Shown here: in pieces, positions 49,356 to 58,775 of the stretch
How the letters are laid out: each line of letters opens with the position of its first letter
How positions within the stretch are numbered: position 1 is the first letter of the stretch
Assembly (NCBI GenBank): GCA_050250555.1
Contig: JBFWOK010000003.1
Coordinates: 2,475-66,474 of the forward strand
Source: Limisphaerales bacterium
GTDB taxonomy: Bacteria; Verrucomicrobiota; Verrucomicrobiia; Limisphaerales; CAIMTB01
Length of the DNA stretch: 64,000 nucleotides
Direction of reading: 5' to 3'
Program-made: the position numbers and the translations under genes
Notes under the pieces: generated by a model
Databases searched by the model: none
Told to the model about the DNA's origin: nothing
Seen by the model: only the letters and a program-made list of their open reading frames with translations

Positions 49356-51230
49356 ATGAAGACGGATGGTTCGCCACGCCGCACCGTGGGCCTAGCCCTT
49401 GGCGCCCTTGGTGTGGTCTATGGCGATATCGGGACGTCGCCCCTTTACGCGCTGCGGGAGTGCTTCCATGGGATCGGCGCGTTGGAGGCCACGCGCGCGG
49501 CGGTTCTCGGGGTCCTTTCCACGGTCATCTGGTCGCTCATCCTGATTGTCTGCCTGAAGTACCTCACGGTCGTCATGCGGGCCGACAACCGGGGGGAGGG
49601 CGGGATCATGGCGCTTCTCGCGCTGGTCCTGAGCCGGCTCGGATCCGATTCGTCGCGGCTTCCCCTGATGGTCCTCGGGGCCTGCGGCGCCGCGCTTCTC
49701 CTGGGGGAAGGCATGATCACGCCGGCGATCACTGTGCTCGGCGCCGTGGAAGGCCTCCAGATCGCGGCGCCTGGACTGGGTCGGATCGTGGTTCCCGTCA
49801 CCGTGGTCATTCTCGTGGTCCTTTTCGCCGTGCAACGCCTCGGCACGGGGAGCATCGGGCGCCTCTTCGGTCCCGTCACGCTGGTCTGGTTCGTGACGTT
49901 GGCGCTGCTGGGGATTCGCGGAATCGCCCAGCATCCCGGCGTTCTCGCGGCCTTCAACCCGGCGCACGCGCTCGCGTTCTTCGCCGAGCAGGGTTCGCGC
50001 TCGTTCCTGGTGCTGGGTTCGGTCTTTCTGACGTTGACCGGCGTGGAGGCGCTTTATGCCGACATGGGCCATTTCGGTGCCGGCCCCATCCGGTGGGCAT
50101 GGTTCGCGTTGGTCTTCCCGGCGCTGGTGTTGAACTACCTCGGGCAGGGCGCCTGGCTGCTGGCCCATCCGGGGCCCGTCGAGAATCCGTTCTACGATCT
50201 GGCGCCTTCCTGGGCGCTCTACCCGCTGACGGGCCTCGCCACCGCCGCCGCGGTGATCGCCTCGCAGGCGCTCATCGCCGGGGCCTTTTCCATGGGCCGC
50301 CAGGCCATGCAACTCGGCTTCCTCCCGAGGCTGAACGTCCAGCACACCTCGTCGACGGAGCGCGGCCAGATCTACATCGGCGCGATCAACTGGCTTCTCA
50401 TGTTCGCGTGCATCGGCCTGGTCCTGGGGTTTCGCACGTCGGGGAATCTCGCCGCCGCGTACGGCATCGGCGTGTCGCTCACGATCATCATGACCACGCT
50501 GCTCCTTTTCTTCGCGACGCGGAGGGTCTGGGGCTGGTCCGCATGGCGGGCCGGAGCGCTCTGCGGATCGTTCCTCGCGATCGAGGTGATCTTCCTCGGA
50601 GCCAATCTCATGAAGTTCGGCAACGGCGGCTGGTTTCCCATCGCCGTGGGCGCCCTGGTCTACCTGCTCATGGCGACCTGGTTCCGCGGCCGCCGCGCCG
50701 TTCACAAGGAGCTTGTGGCCGGTTCGCTTCCGCTGGGGATGTTCCTGGCTGAAATCGAACGCAAAAGCCCCGACCGCGTCGACGGCACGGCGGTCTTCCT
50801 GGCCGGCAGTCCGGAGAGCACTCCCGGGTCCCTGCTGCACAACCTCAAACACAACAAGGTTCTCCACGAGCGGGTCGTCATCCTGCGCTTCGCGGTCTCC
50901 GACGCCCCGGCCGTCCCGGACTCGGACCGCCTCCAGATCGAGGTGTTGCCCCACGGCTTCCATCGTGTCACCGCCTTTTTCGGCTTCATGGAATCGCCGG
51001 GTCTCGACGCGATACTCCCGCTTTGCGCCGACAAGGGCCTCGATCTCATCACCACCAAGACCACCTATTTCCTTGGCCGCGAAACGATCCTTCCGACCCA
51101 CAAACCCGGCATGGCCCGCTGGCGAAAGCGCCTCTTCGCGCTGCTCTCCCGGAACGCGCAACAGGCCACGGCCTATTTCCGACTCCCGCCGAACCGGGTG
51201 GTCGAACTCGGCATGCAGGTCGAGATCTGA
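49356..51230 (+). CDS. kup: KUP/HAK/KT potassium transporter
   Basis: GVVYGDIGTSPLY, RADNRGEGG, TGVEALYADMGHFG, LNYLGQGA, HNLKHNKVLHE, YFLGRE, NRVVELG. Confidence 0.95.
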   Translation: MKTDGSPRRTVGLALGALGVVYGDIGTSPLYALRECFHGIGALEATRAAVLGVLSTVIWSLILIVCLKYLTVVMRADNRGEGGIMALLALVLSRLGSDSSRLPLMVLGACGAALLLGEGMITPAITVLGAVEGLQIAAPGLGRIVVPVTVVILVVLFAVQRLGTGSIGRLFGPVTLVWFVTLALLGIRGIAQHPGVLAAFNPAHALAFFAEQGSRSFLVLGSVFLTLTGVEALYADMGHFGAGPIRWAWFALVFPALVLNYLGQGAWLLAHPGPVENPFYDLAPSWALYPLTGLATAAAVIASQALIAGAFSMGRQAMQLGFLPRLNVQHTSSTERGQIYIGAINWLLMFACIGLVLGFRTSGNLAAAYGIGVSLTIIMTTLLLFFATRRVWGWSAWRAGALCGSFLAIEVIFLGANLMKFGNGGWFPIAVGALVYLLMATWFRGRRAVHKELVAGSLPLGMFLAEIERKSPDRVDGTAVFLAGSPESTPGSLLHNLKHNKVLHERVVILRFAVSDAPAVPDSDRLQIEVLPHGFHRVTAFFGFMESPGLDAILPLCADKGLDLITTKTTYFLGRETILPTHKPGMARWRKRLFALLSRNAQQATAYFRLPPNRVVELGMQVEI

Positions 51231-51284
51231 ACGGGCCGTTTCCCGAGTCGTCCGCCGACCCGGCGGGAATCCCCTCCCGAAGCC

Positions 51285-53144
51285 TTGAACTCCCACCACC
51301 ACCGACGCCCTTCCGCGGTTCTCACGCTCGGAGCGCTCGGAATCACTTTTGGTCATCTCACGACCAGCCCGCTTTACGCGTTCCGTGAATGCGTGAGCGC
51401 GTCCAGCGATCCCGCGACGGTCCTGGGCGCCGCGTCGTTGATCGTGTGGAGCCTGGGCGCGCTGGTTTCCGTGAAGTACCTCCTCCTGGCCCTGCGCGCC
51501 GACAACCACGGCGAAGGCGGAATCCTCGCCCTCATGGCGCTGGCGACCGGATCGGAAAGCCGCTTCCGAACACTTCTCACGCTGGCCGGTGTCCTCGGCG
51601 CCGCCCTGCTCTTCGCCGAGGGCACGATCGCCCCTTCCATCACGATCCTGAGCGCCCTCGACGGCCTCCGCGAACGGTGGCCTTCCTCAGGGGCGTTCAT
51701 CCTTCCCCTGACCCTGGTCGTCCTCGGCGCCCTTTTCGCCTTCCAAAGACGGAGAACCCATCGGATCGAGGCCGCTTTCGGGCCCATGCTCCTGGTCTGG
51801 TGTGTTGTGCTCGCCGCGCTGGGAATCGCCGCCATCGCCAGGCACCCGACCGTCCTGCGCGCCATCGATCCGACCCTCGGAGTCCGGTTCCTCGCGACTT
51901 CCGGATGGCATGGCGTTTTCGTCCTCGGGTCCGCGTTCCTGGCCATCACCGGCGCCGAGGCGCTCCACGCCGACCTCGGGCTTTTCGGCGCCCGCCCCAT
52001 CCGCCTCGCGTGGAGCTTGGTCGTCCTTCCGTCGCTCATCCTCAACTACCTGGGACAGGCCGCGCTCGTCCTGGGGGATCCGGCCGCCGCCGCGAATCCC
52101 TTTTTCCGACTCGCCCCCGCCACGGCGCTCCTTCCCATCGTCGCCCTCGCCACGGCGGTCGGCATGGCGGCATCGCAGGCCCGGATCACGCGCGCGTTCT
52201 CGCTGGCCGTCCAGGCGATGCAGTTCGGCTACCTGCCGCGCATCGACATCGAACACACGTCGGCGCGGCACAGGGAGCAAATCCACATCGCGCCGGTCAA
52301 CGCCGGCCTTGGTCTGGGTTGCCTGATCGTGGTCGCCGGATTCAAGTCCTCCTCCTCCCTCGCGTCGGCGTATGGAATCTCGATCGTCCTGGTCATGGTC
52401 CTCACCACGCTCCTTCTCGCGGGAGTGGCTTGGAAACACTGGGTCTGGCCGGCCAGCCGGGTGGGGATGGTTTTCGGCCCGCTGCTCGCCTTCGAGGCCC
52501 TTCTGCTGGGCGCCAACCTTCCCAAGATCGCGCTCGGCGGCTGGCTGACCCTGGCGTTCGCGGGAATCCTGCTCGTCGTCATGCTGACCTGGCACCGGGG
52601 GCGCGGCGTCGTGGGCAGGCGGTTGCGCGCGCGATTGGTCGGACTGAACGAATTCATTGATCAGGTCGCCCGGGATCCGTCGGTCCGCCGGGTCCGTGGC
52701 ACCGCGGTCTTCCTCACCTCGAATCCCGAGGGAACTCCCATCGCCCTGGCGCAAAACCTCAAACACAATCGCGTCATCCACGAACGCGTGGTCCTCCTGT
52801 GCTTCCACACGTCCGCCCTTCCCCATGTCCGCCCCGAGGAACGGATCACGATCGAGAAGCTGCCGCACGGGTTCTGGCGCGTCATGGCCCACTTCGGATT
52901 CATGGAGGATCCGGAGATCGGGCCGGTGCGCGAAATGTGCGGCCACCTCGGACTCGCGTGGAACGACTTCGAGGCGACCTATTTCCTAGGCCGCGAAAGC
53001 ATCGTCCGCTCCCGACACCCCGTCTTCTCCCATTGGCGTCTGGTCCTCTTCGGGTTTCTCGCCCGGAACGCCCAGGAACCCGCCGCCTTCTTCCGGCTTC
53101 CCGCCAACCGTGTCGTCGAACTCGGCGTCCAGGTCGAACTCTAA
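51285..53144 (+). CDS. kup: Second KUP-family transporter with degenerate TM1 motif
   Basis: Full-length paralogue (RADNHGEGG, LNYLGQAA, YFLGRE, NRVVELG) but GITFGHLTTSPLY replaces GVVYGDIGTSPLY; TTG start. Confidence 0.88.
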   Translation: MNSHHHRRPSAVLTLGALGITFGHLTTSPLYAFRECVSASSDPATVLGAASLIVWSLGALVSVKYLLLALRADNHGEGGILALMALATGSESRFRTLLTLAGVLGAALLFAEGTIAPSITILSALDGLRERWPSSGAFILPLTLVVLGALFAFQRRRTHRIEAAFGPMLLVWCVVLAALGIAAIARHPTVLRAIDPTLGVRFLATSGWHGVFVLGSAFLAITGAEALHADLGLFGARPIRLAWSLVVLPSLILNYLGQAALVLGDPAAAANPFFRLAPATALLPIVALATAVGMAASQARITRAFSLAVQAMQFGYLPRIDIEHTSARHREQIHIAPVNAGLGLGCLIVVAGFKSSSSLASAYGISIVLVMVLTTLLLAGVAWKHWVWPASRVGMVFGPLLAFEALLLGANLPKIALGGWLTLAFAGILLVVMLTWHRGRGVVGRRLRARLVGLNEFIDQVARDPSVRRVRGTAVFLTSNPEGTPIALAQNLKHNRVIHERVVLLCFHTSALPHVRPEERITIEKLPHGFWRVMAHFGFMEDPEIGPVREMCGHLGLAWNDFEATYFLGRESIVRSRHPVFSHWRLVLFGFLARNAQEPAAFFRLPANRVVELGVQVEL

Positions 53145-53195
53145 CGCTTCCGGACAGCGCCAACACCCCCATCCCCTTTCCCGCCCGCCCCCGCC

Positions 53196-56100
53196 ATGCC
53201 GCCCCCCGCCCTTACGGAAAAGCTCCTCGCCGGACTCGCGGGATGGGACGTGATCAAGCTGGCCCGTTCGATCGTCGCCGAAAACCGGGTTCTCAGCAGC
53301 GCCTGGGAACCTCCCCTGCTCCGCGGTGTCGTGCAGGCGGGTACGTCGTCGTACCGCGCCGGACTCGTCATCCAACGGGAAAACGACGCCGAAAACCTCT
53401 GCACGTGCCGTCAGTCCCGGGAATGGGGCACGATCTGTCCCCACTCCGTCGCCGTCGGAATCCACGCGCTCAAACCGCCGGTCCCCGATTCCAACTCGGC
53501 CGTTCCGTCTTCCTTGCCGCCCTCAACTTCGTCGCCATCGCGCGGATCCTCCGGTCCCGCGTCCCGGGCTCAGGCTCGGGCTCATGCCGTGTCGGACGAA
53601 CGCCCCGTCCACCGATCCAAGGACTGCCGGCGGGTGCGGCGAGTCGATCCAGCCACTTCCGGGGACGCGTCAAGAACCGCCGCCGACACCGCCGCCGACG
53701 CCGATGCCGAACCCCTGGCGGTCCATGTCGTCCTCCCCCCCAACTTCGCGGACGCCCTGGCCCGGGGCCGGCCGACGATCTTTTTCGAAGGTCGAACCGG
53801 ACGCGGCAGCGTTCCGCTGGCGACGCTCGCGGAGACGAGAACCTTCGAGGTGGATGCGGCGGATCATCGCCTCCTGGATGCGGCGGAAGTCCTGGCCGCC
53901 GGGGACACGCCGGCGATGCTCCAGGTGACGGGCTCCGACCTGGCGCTGATTCTCGCCGCCCTCGTCGGGCATCCGCGGGTGACCTTCGGGAAGGCGCAGA
54001 AAGTTCGGATCCTGGATGAGCCGTGGCGGATTCCCATTCGCGGCCGGCTGTTGCCGTCGGGCGAGATCGAACTTCATCTCGAACCGCTTCCGAAGCCCCC
54101 CGTTCTCGTTCCCGGCGAAGACCAACTCTGGGTGCTCGTGGGCGCCGAGTTTCGACCGCTTCGAATTCCCAAAACCTGTCGCGGAGTCCTCGGCGGACCG
54201 GTCCGAATCCCGCGCCCGGAGATCCCGGCATTTCTCCAGGCATCCCTCCCCGGGCTCGAAGTCGACACGGACTGGAAGGCGGACTTCGCGGCGACGGATT
54301 TCGAATTGTCGCCCAGGCCTCCGGTCTTCCGGCTGCATCTCGCGGGAGGCCTGGCCTCGCTGACGGCGCAACTCCACGCCTCGTACGGTCCGCGGATCGT
54401 CACGGCGGGCGTTTCGGTTCCGGGCGACCCGGCCTGGATGCCGGACCCGGAGGACATTCGACGGTTCAACGCGCGGGACCTCGCCGCGGAACGCTCGGCG
54501 CTTCAGAGGCTCCAGCGTCAGGGATTCAGCGCGCCGGACGCCCAGGGCAGGCTCCAGCTTCAGGGCCAGAATCCGATACTCACCTTTTTCGCCCGTGAAT
54601 TTCCGAAGCTCGAAAAGGCATGGCAGGTCACCCTGGAGGAACGCCTCGGTCGCAGCACGCGACAGAACCTCGAGCGCATCGAGCCCCGGTTCGCCGTCAC
54701 GTCCTCGGGCGAAACGTGGTTCGACCTGCGGGTCGAGTACGCGACGACCGGCGGGGAACTGCTGCCCGCGACGGAGATCCAGCGCCTGCTGCGGGGCGGA
54801 CAAAGCCACACCCGGCTGAAGAACGGACGGCTGGCGCTCATCGACACGGGGGCGGTCGAGGAACTCGAGGAAATCCTGGTCGATGCCGCGCCCGAACAGC
54901 ACGCGGGCGGCTACCGGATCGCGCAGGCCCAGGCCGGCTTCGTCCAAACCACGCTCGCCGAACAGGGGTGGGAAGCGAAGGCCCCCGCGTCCTGGCGCGA
55001 AAAAGCGCTTCAGCAGTCCGGCGCGATTGAACTCGCGTGCCCGCCCCTGGGTTCGCTCGATCCCATCCTGCGGCCCTACCAGAAGCATGGGGTCGCCTGG
55101 TTGGCGTTTCTTCGCGCGAACGGTTTCGGCGGGATTCTCGCCGACGAAATGGGGCTCGGAAAGACCTTGCAGGCCCTGGCGCTGCTTCAGACGACGAGAA
55201 CCCCCGAGGCCGGCTCCAAGGCCCCACCCGCGCGCGCTCCCCACCTCGTGGTCTGCCCGACGTCGCTCGTGTTCAACTGGGTCGCCGAGGCGGGGCGCTT
55301 CGTTCCCGGCCTCCGCGTGGTCGCGCTCCATGGCGCCGGCCGGCACTCCCGGTTCGCGGCGATCCCGGACGCCGATCTCGTCGTCACCAGCTACGCGCTG
55401 ATCCGACGGGACCTCGCGAAGTACAACGGGATCGAGTTCGACACCGTCATTCTCGACGAAGCCCAGCACATCAAGAACCGGCAGACCCAAAACGCCCAGG
55501 CGGTGAAGTCGATCCGCTCGAAGCACAGGCTCGTTCTGACGGGAACCCCGCTGGAGAACTCGGTCCTGGACCTTTGGAGCCTCCTCGATTTCCTCATGCC
55601 GGGTTACCTGGGTTCGGCCCAGGATTTTCGGGAACGCTATGAGATCCCGATCGTCCGGGAGAAGAGCGTCGAGGCCCAGGCCCGGCTCGCCCGACGGGTC
55701 AAACCGTTTCTCCTTCGCCGACTGAAACGGGATGTCGCGCCCGAACTCCCCGCCCGCATTGATCAGGTGGTCTGGTGCGATCTTTCCGAGGATCAGGCCC
55801 GGGTTTACAGCCAGCTCCTGGAAGCCACGCGACGCGACGTCCACGCTTCGGTCGGTTCCCAGGGATTCGCTTCGTCGCGCCTGCTGGTTCTCACGGCGAT
55901 CCTCCGCCTCCGCCAGGCCTGCTGCGACCTGCGGCTGCTGGGTGTCGATGAAACACCCGGGGACACCCGCGAGGAAACGGTCGATGCGCCGCGGGCTGAT
56001 TCAAGCCGGACGGAGGCCCCCGTAGGGATCGAGCTCCGCCGGGAAAGCCCCGAAGACGGCCCGGACCGGGCCGGAAGCCCACCCTCATCCGGCAAGCTCG

Positions 56101-56594
56101 AAGCTTTCGACGAATTGCTGGAGGAAGCGCTCGATGGTGGCCATCGCGTGCTGGTGTTCAGCCAGTTCACCCGGCTGCTCGGGCTCTTGCGGGAACGCCT
56201 TCAAACCGCCGGCGTCCCGTTCTGTTACCTCGACGGCTCAACCCGTGACCGCCAGGGCGAAGTCGCCCGGTTCCAACAGTCCCAGGAGATCCCCGTGTTC
56301 CTGATCAGCCTGAAAGCGGGCGGCGTCGGCCTCAATCTCACCGCCGCCGACACCGTGGTTCACCTGGATCCCTGGTGGAACCCGGCCGTCGAGGATCAGG
56401 CGACGGACCGCGCGCACCGAATCGGTCAGAGCCGGGTGGTGACGAGCTACAAACTGATCGCCCGTGGAACGATCGAGGAAAAGATCCTGGCGCTCCAGCA
56501 GCGCAAGCGCGACGTGCTCCAGGGGGTTCTCACCGGCGAGGAACAGCTCACCTCGGCCCTCACGTGGGACGAGATCCAGGATCTGCTCGCCTAG
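53196..56594 (+). CDS. SWIM zinc-finger SNF2-family helicase
   Basis: CTC...CPH (SWIM); LRPYQ, LADEMGLGKT, LDEAQHIKN, LTGTPLEN, VFSQF, SLKAGGVGLNL, QATDRAHRIGQ. Confidence 0.94.
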   Translation: MPPPALTEKLLAGLAGWDVIKLARSIVAENRVLSSAWEPPLLRGVVQAGTSSYRAGLVIQRENDAENLCTCRQSREWGTICPHSVAVGIHALKPPVPDSNSAVPSSLPPSTSSPSRGSSGPASRAQARAHAVSDERPVHRSKDCRRVRRVDPATSGDASRTAADTAADADAEPLAVHVVLPPNFADALARGRPTIFFEGRTGRGSVPLATLAETRTFEVDAADHRLLDAAEVLAAGDTPAMLQVTGSDLALILAALVGHPRVTFGKAQKVRILDEPWRIPIRGRLLPSGEIELHLEPLPKPPVLVPGEDQLWVLVGAEFRPLRIPKTCRGVLGGPVRIPRPEIPAFLQASLPGLEVDTDWKADFAATDFELSPRPPVFRLHLAGGLASLTAQLHASYGPRIVTAGVSVPGDPAWMPDPEDIRRFNARDLAAERSALQRLQRQGFSAPDAQGRLQLQGQNPILTFFAREFPKLEKAWQVTLEERLGRSTRQNLERIEPRFAVTSSGETWFDLRVEYATTGGELLPATEIQRLLRGGQSHTRLKNGRLALIDTGAVEELEEILVDAAPEQHAGGYRIAQAQAGFVQTTLAEQGWEAKAPASWREKALQQSGAIELACPPLGSLDPILRPYQKHGVAWLAFLRANGFGGILADEMGLGKTLQALALLQTTRTPEAGSKAPPARAPHLVVCPTSLVFNWVAEAGRFVPGLRVVALHGAGRHSRFAAIPDADLVVTSYALIRRDLAKYNGIEFDTVILDEAQHIKNRQTQNAQAVKSIRSKHRLVLTGTPLENSVLDLWSLLDFLMPGYLGSAQDFRERYEIPIVREKSVEAQARLARRVKPFLLRRLKRDVAPELPARIDQVVWCDLSEDQARVYSQLLEATRRDVHASVGSQGFASSRLLVLTAILRLRQACCDLRLLGVDETPGDTREETVDAPRADSSRTEAPVGIELRRESPEDGPDRAGSPPSSGKLEAFDELLEEALDGGHRVLVFSQFTRLLGLLRERLQTAGVPFCYLDGSTRDRQGEVARFQQSQEIPVFLISLKAGGVGLNLTAADTVVHLDPWWNPAVEDQATDRAHRIGQSRVVTSYKLIARGTIEEKILALQQRKRDVLQGVLTGEEQLTSALTWDEIQDLLA

Positions 56595-56595
56595 C

Positions 56596-57276
56596 CTATT
56601 CCTTTTTCCCGCCGCACTTTTCCTCGAACGTGTTGATGTCCTCCTTGTGGCCGGCGACGTAGATCAGGTCGCCTTCGTGCAGGACCAACTCGGGGAGGGG
56701 CACCTCCTGCTTGCGTCCGCCGCCCTCGTCGGTTCGAACGACGAGCACCGGGGTGAGCTTGAACTTGCGGGAGAGCGCCGCCTCCTCGACGCGGATTCCC
56801 GCCAGCCTGGGTCCGAGCCGGACCTGGCCCAGGTGGAATTCACCTTCGATGGGATGGCGTTCCTCCCGGCTGCCGGCGTCAATCTGTTCGGCGAGGCGCA
56901 ACGCGCTTTCACGCGCGGGCGCCACCACCTGATCGGCCCCGAGCTTCGTGAGGATCTGCGCATGTTTATCATTGATGGCGCGACCAATGACCCGCTTCGC
57001 CCCCATCTCCTTGAGGGTCAGAACCGACAGGATGCTCGCCTGCATGTTCTCGCCGATGGCGACCACGACGACGTCGGCGTCCGGAACACCGGCGGCCTTC
57101 AGGTCCCCGGGATCATCGGCATCGATCCGGATGGCGCGAAATCCCCCTTCGGACAGGTCCTGGACGAGACGGGCGTCACTGTCGGCGATCTGGACATCGC
57201 AGCCCAGTTCGCTGAGTCGAAGGGCGAGGTGGGTTCCAAAACGTCCGGCCCCTAGGATGAAGATTCGATCCGACAT
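56596..57276 (-). CDS. ktrA: Ktr/Trk potassium uptake regulatory subunit (RCK_N plus RCK_C)
   Basis: ILGAGRFG (GxGxxG), DVVVVAIGE, KLGADQVV, LHEGDLIYVAG; follows ktrB. Confidence 0.88.
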   Translation of the reverse strand: MSDRIFILGAGRFGTHLALRLSELGCDVQIADSDARLVQDLSEGGFRAIRIDADDPGDLKAAGVPDADVVVVAIGENMQASILSVLTLKEMGAKRVIGRAINDKHAQILTKLGADQVVAPARESALRLAEQIDAGSREERHPIEGEFHLGQVRLGPRLAGIRVEEAALSRKFKLTPVLVVRTDEGGGRKQEVPLPELVLHEGDLIYVAGHKEDINTFEEKCGGKKE

Positions 57277-57290
57277 AGAATGAAGTGGGT

Positions 57291-58733
57291 TCAGCCGACG
57301 GCGACATCCTCTTCCGGGTAGGACACGCGGCCTGGCGCGGCGGGCCGCATCAGGTGCATGGCGAGGCAGAGGGGGCCGAGCCGCCCGATGAACATCATTG
57401 CGATGATGATCCCCTTCCCTCCCGTTGTCAGTTCCGGCGTGATTCCGGCGCTGAGCCCGACGGTGCCGAACGCGGAGACGGCTTCGAAGACGATTCCGAG
57501 CCAGCCATGGGCGCCTTGGGCGGCGGGGTGGCCGAGTTCGGTCTGCATCAGCATCCCGCATCCGATCATCATGACGACACCGGAGAGGATCATGATCATG
57601 ACGGCGGCGTCGGCCTGGCGGTGGGGGAGCGAGCGATCGCCGACGTTGAGGTCCACGCGCCGGCGCAGGGCGGCGGAGGCGACGGCGCCGAGCAGGAGAA
57701 GCGTGGTGATCTTGACGCCGCCGGCCATGGAACCCGGGGCGCCGCCGACGAACATCATCGGGAGGCTTCCCAGGAGCGTCACGGGTTCCATTTGACCCAC
57801 GTCGACCACATTGAATCCGGCGGTTCGCGTCATGACCGAATGCACGAAAGACCAGAGCAATCCCTGATACCACGACGAGTTTCGCAACGTCGCCTCCCAC
57901 TCGCTGAGCCAGGTGAACAAGGTTCCCCAGACCAGGAGGATCGCCGTCATCCAGAGGCAGATCCTTGTCTGGAGGGTGAGGTTTCCCCGCATCCGACGGT
58001 CGCTTCTCCAGAAGTAGTAGTACCGGAAATTGACCAGCGTCAGGAACCCGATGCCCCCGGCGATCACGAGCCCGCACATGATCAACAGGTTCACCGGTTC
58101 GCCCGACCATTCCTCGAGTCCCTTCGGGTAGAGGGAGATTCCCGCGTTGCAGAAGGCGCTGACCGAATGAAACGCGGCCTCCCAGATCGCCTCGTCGAAG
58201 CTGATTTCCTCGCGCTGATTCAGGAGTTGGTAGGTCAGGGCGACCGTTCCCAGCAATTCGACGAGAACCACCAGCGCCACGGCGTAGGCCATCACATCGA
58301 TCGGTCGGGCTCCGCGCAGGCGCCCCAGGTTCGCACGGATGTACTCCTCGCTTTTCAGGGAAGTGCCCCCTCCCCGCATGACGAGGAAAAGGGTCCCGGC
58401 CATCATCATTCCGAAGCCCCCGGTCTGGATCAGCCCGAGAAGGACCGCCTGACCGAACGGCGTGTAGGACTCCCCGACGTTGACCGTGGTGAGCCCCGTG
58501 ACACAGACCGCCGAGGTCGCCAGGAAAAGGCTGTCGATCCACGATACGGCGAGGTCCGGCTTGCGGGCCGCCGGCAGGCTCAGAAGCACCATTCCGATCC
58601 CGATCAGGGCGCCGAACGCCCCCAGGGTCTTTCCGATGGAGGAGGCGGTCGCCAGCTTGCGGTAGATCGCCGTCTGCCCGGTCGGCAGCGCGCGGGCCTT
58701 CGTGGGGGTGGGTAGGTCGCGTTCCTGCGCCAT
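57291..58733 (-). CDS. ktrB: Ktr/Trk potassium uptake membrane subunit
   Basis: Four pore-loop glycine motifs SAVCVTGL, SAFCNAG, TRTAGF, SAFGTVGL; GGVKITT; MFIGRLGP. Confidence 0.9.
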   Translation of the reverse strand: MAQERDLPTPTKARALPTGQTAIYRKLATASSIGKTLGAFGALIGIGMVLLSLPAARKPDLAVSWIDSLFLATSAVCVTGLTTVNVGESYTPFGQAVLLGLIQTGGFGMMMAGTLFLVMRGGGTSLKSEEYIRANLGRLRGARPIDVMAYAVALVVLVELLGTVALTYQLLNQREEISFDEAIWEAAFHSVSAFCNAGISLYPKGLEEWSGEPVNLLIMCGLVIAGGIGFLTLVNFRYYYFWRSDRRMRGNLTLQTRICLWMTAILLVWGTLFTWLSEWEATLRNSSWYQGLLWSFVHSVMTRTAGFNVVDVGQMEPVTLLGSLPMMFVGGAPGSMAGGVKITTLLLLGAVASAALRRRVDLNVGDRSLPHRQADAAVMIMILSGVVMMIGCGMLMQTELGHPAAQGAHGWLGIVFEAVSAFGTVGLSAGITPELTTGGKGIIIAMMFIGRLGPLCLAMHLMRPAAPGRVSYPEEDVAVG

Positions 58734-58775
58734 GAATCGAGGAGAAAAAGACGAAAAGACGAGGGTCCCGACGGA

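Noticed and set aside
53480-53715. Pro/Ser/Ala-rich insertions in the SNF2 helicase (also about 55945-56090) as possible inteins
   Set aside because: Too short, low complexity, and lacking the C/S...HN intein termini; most likely disordered linkers.
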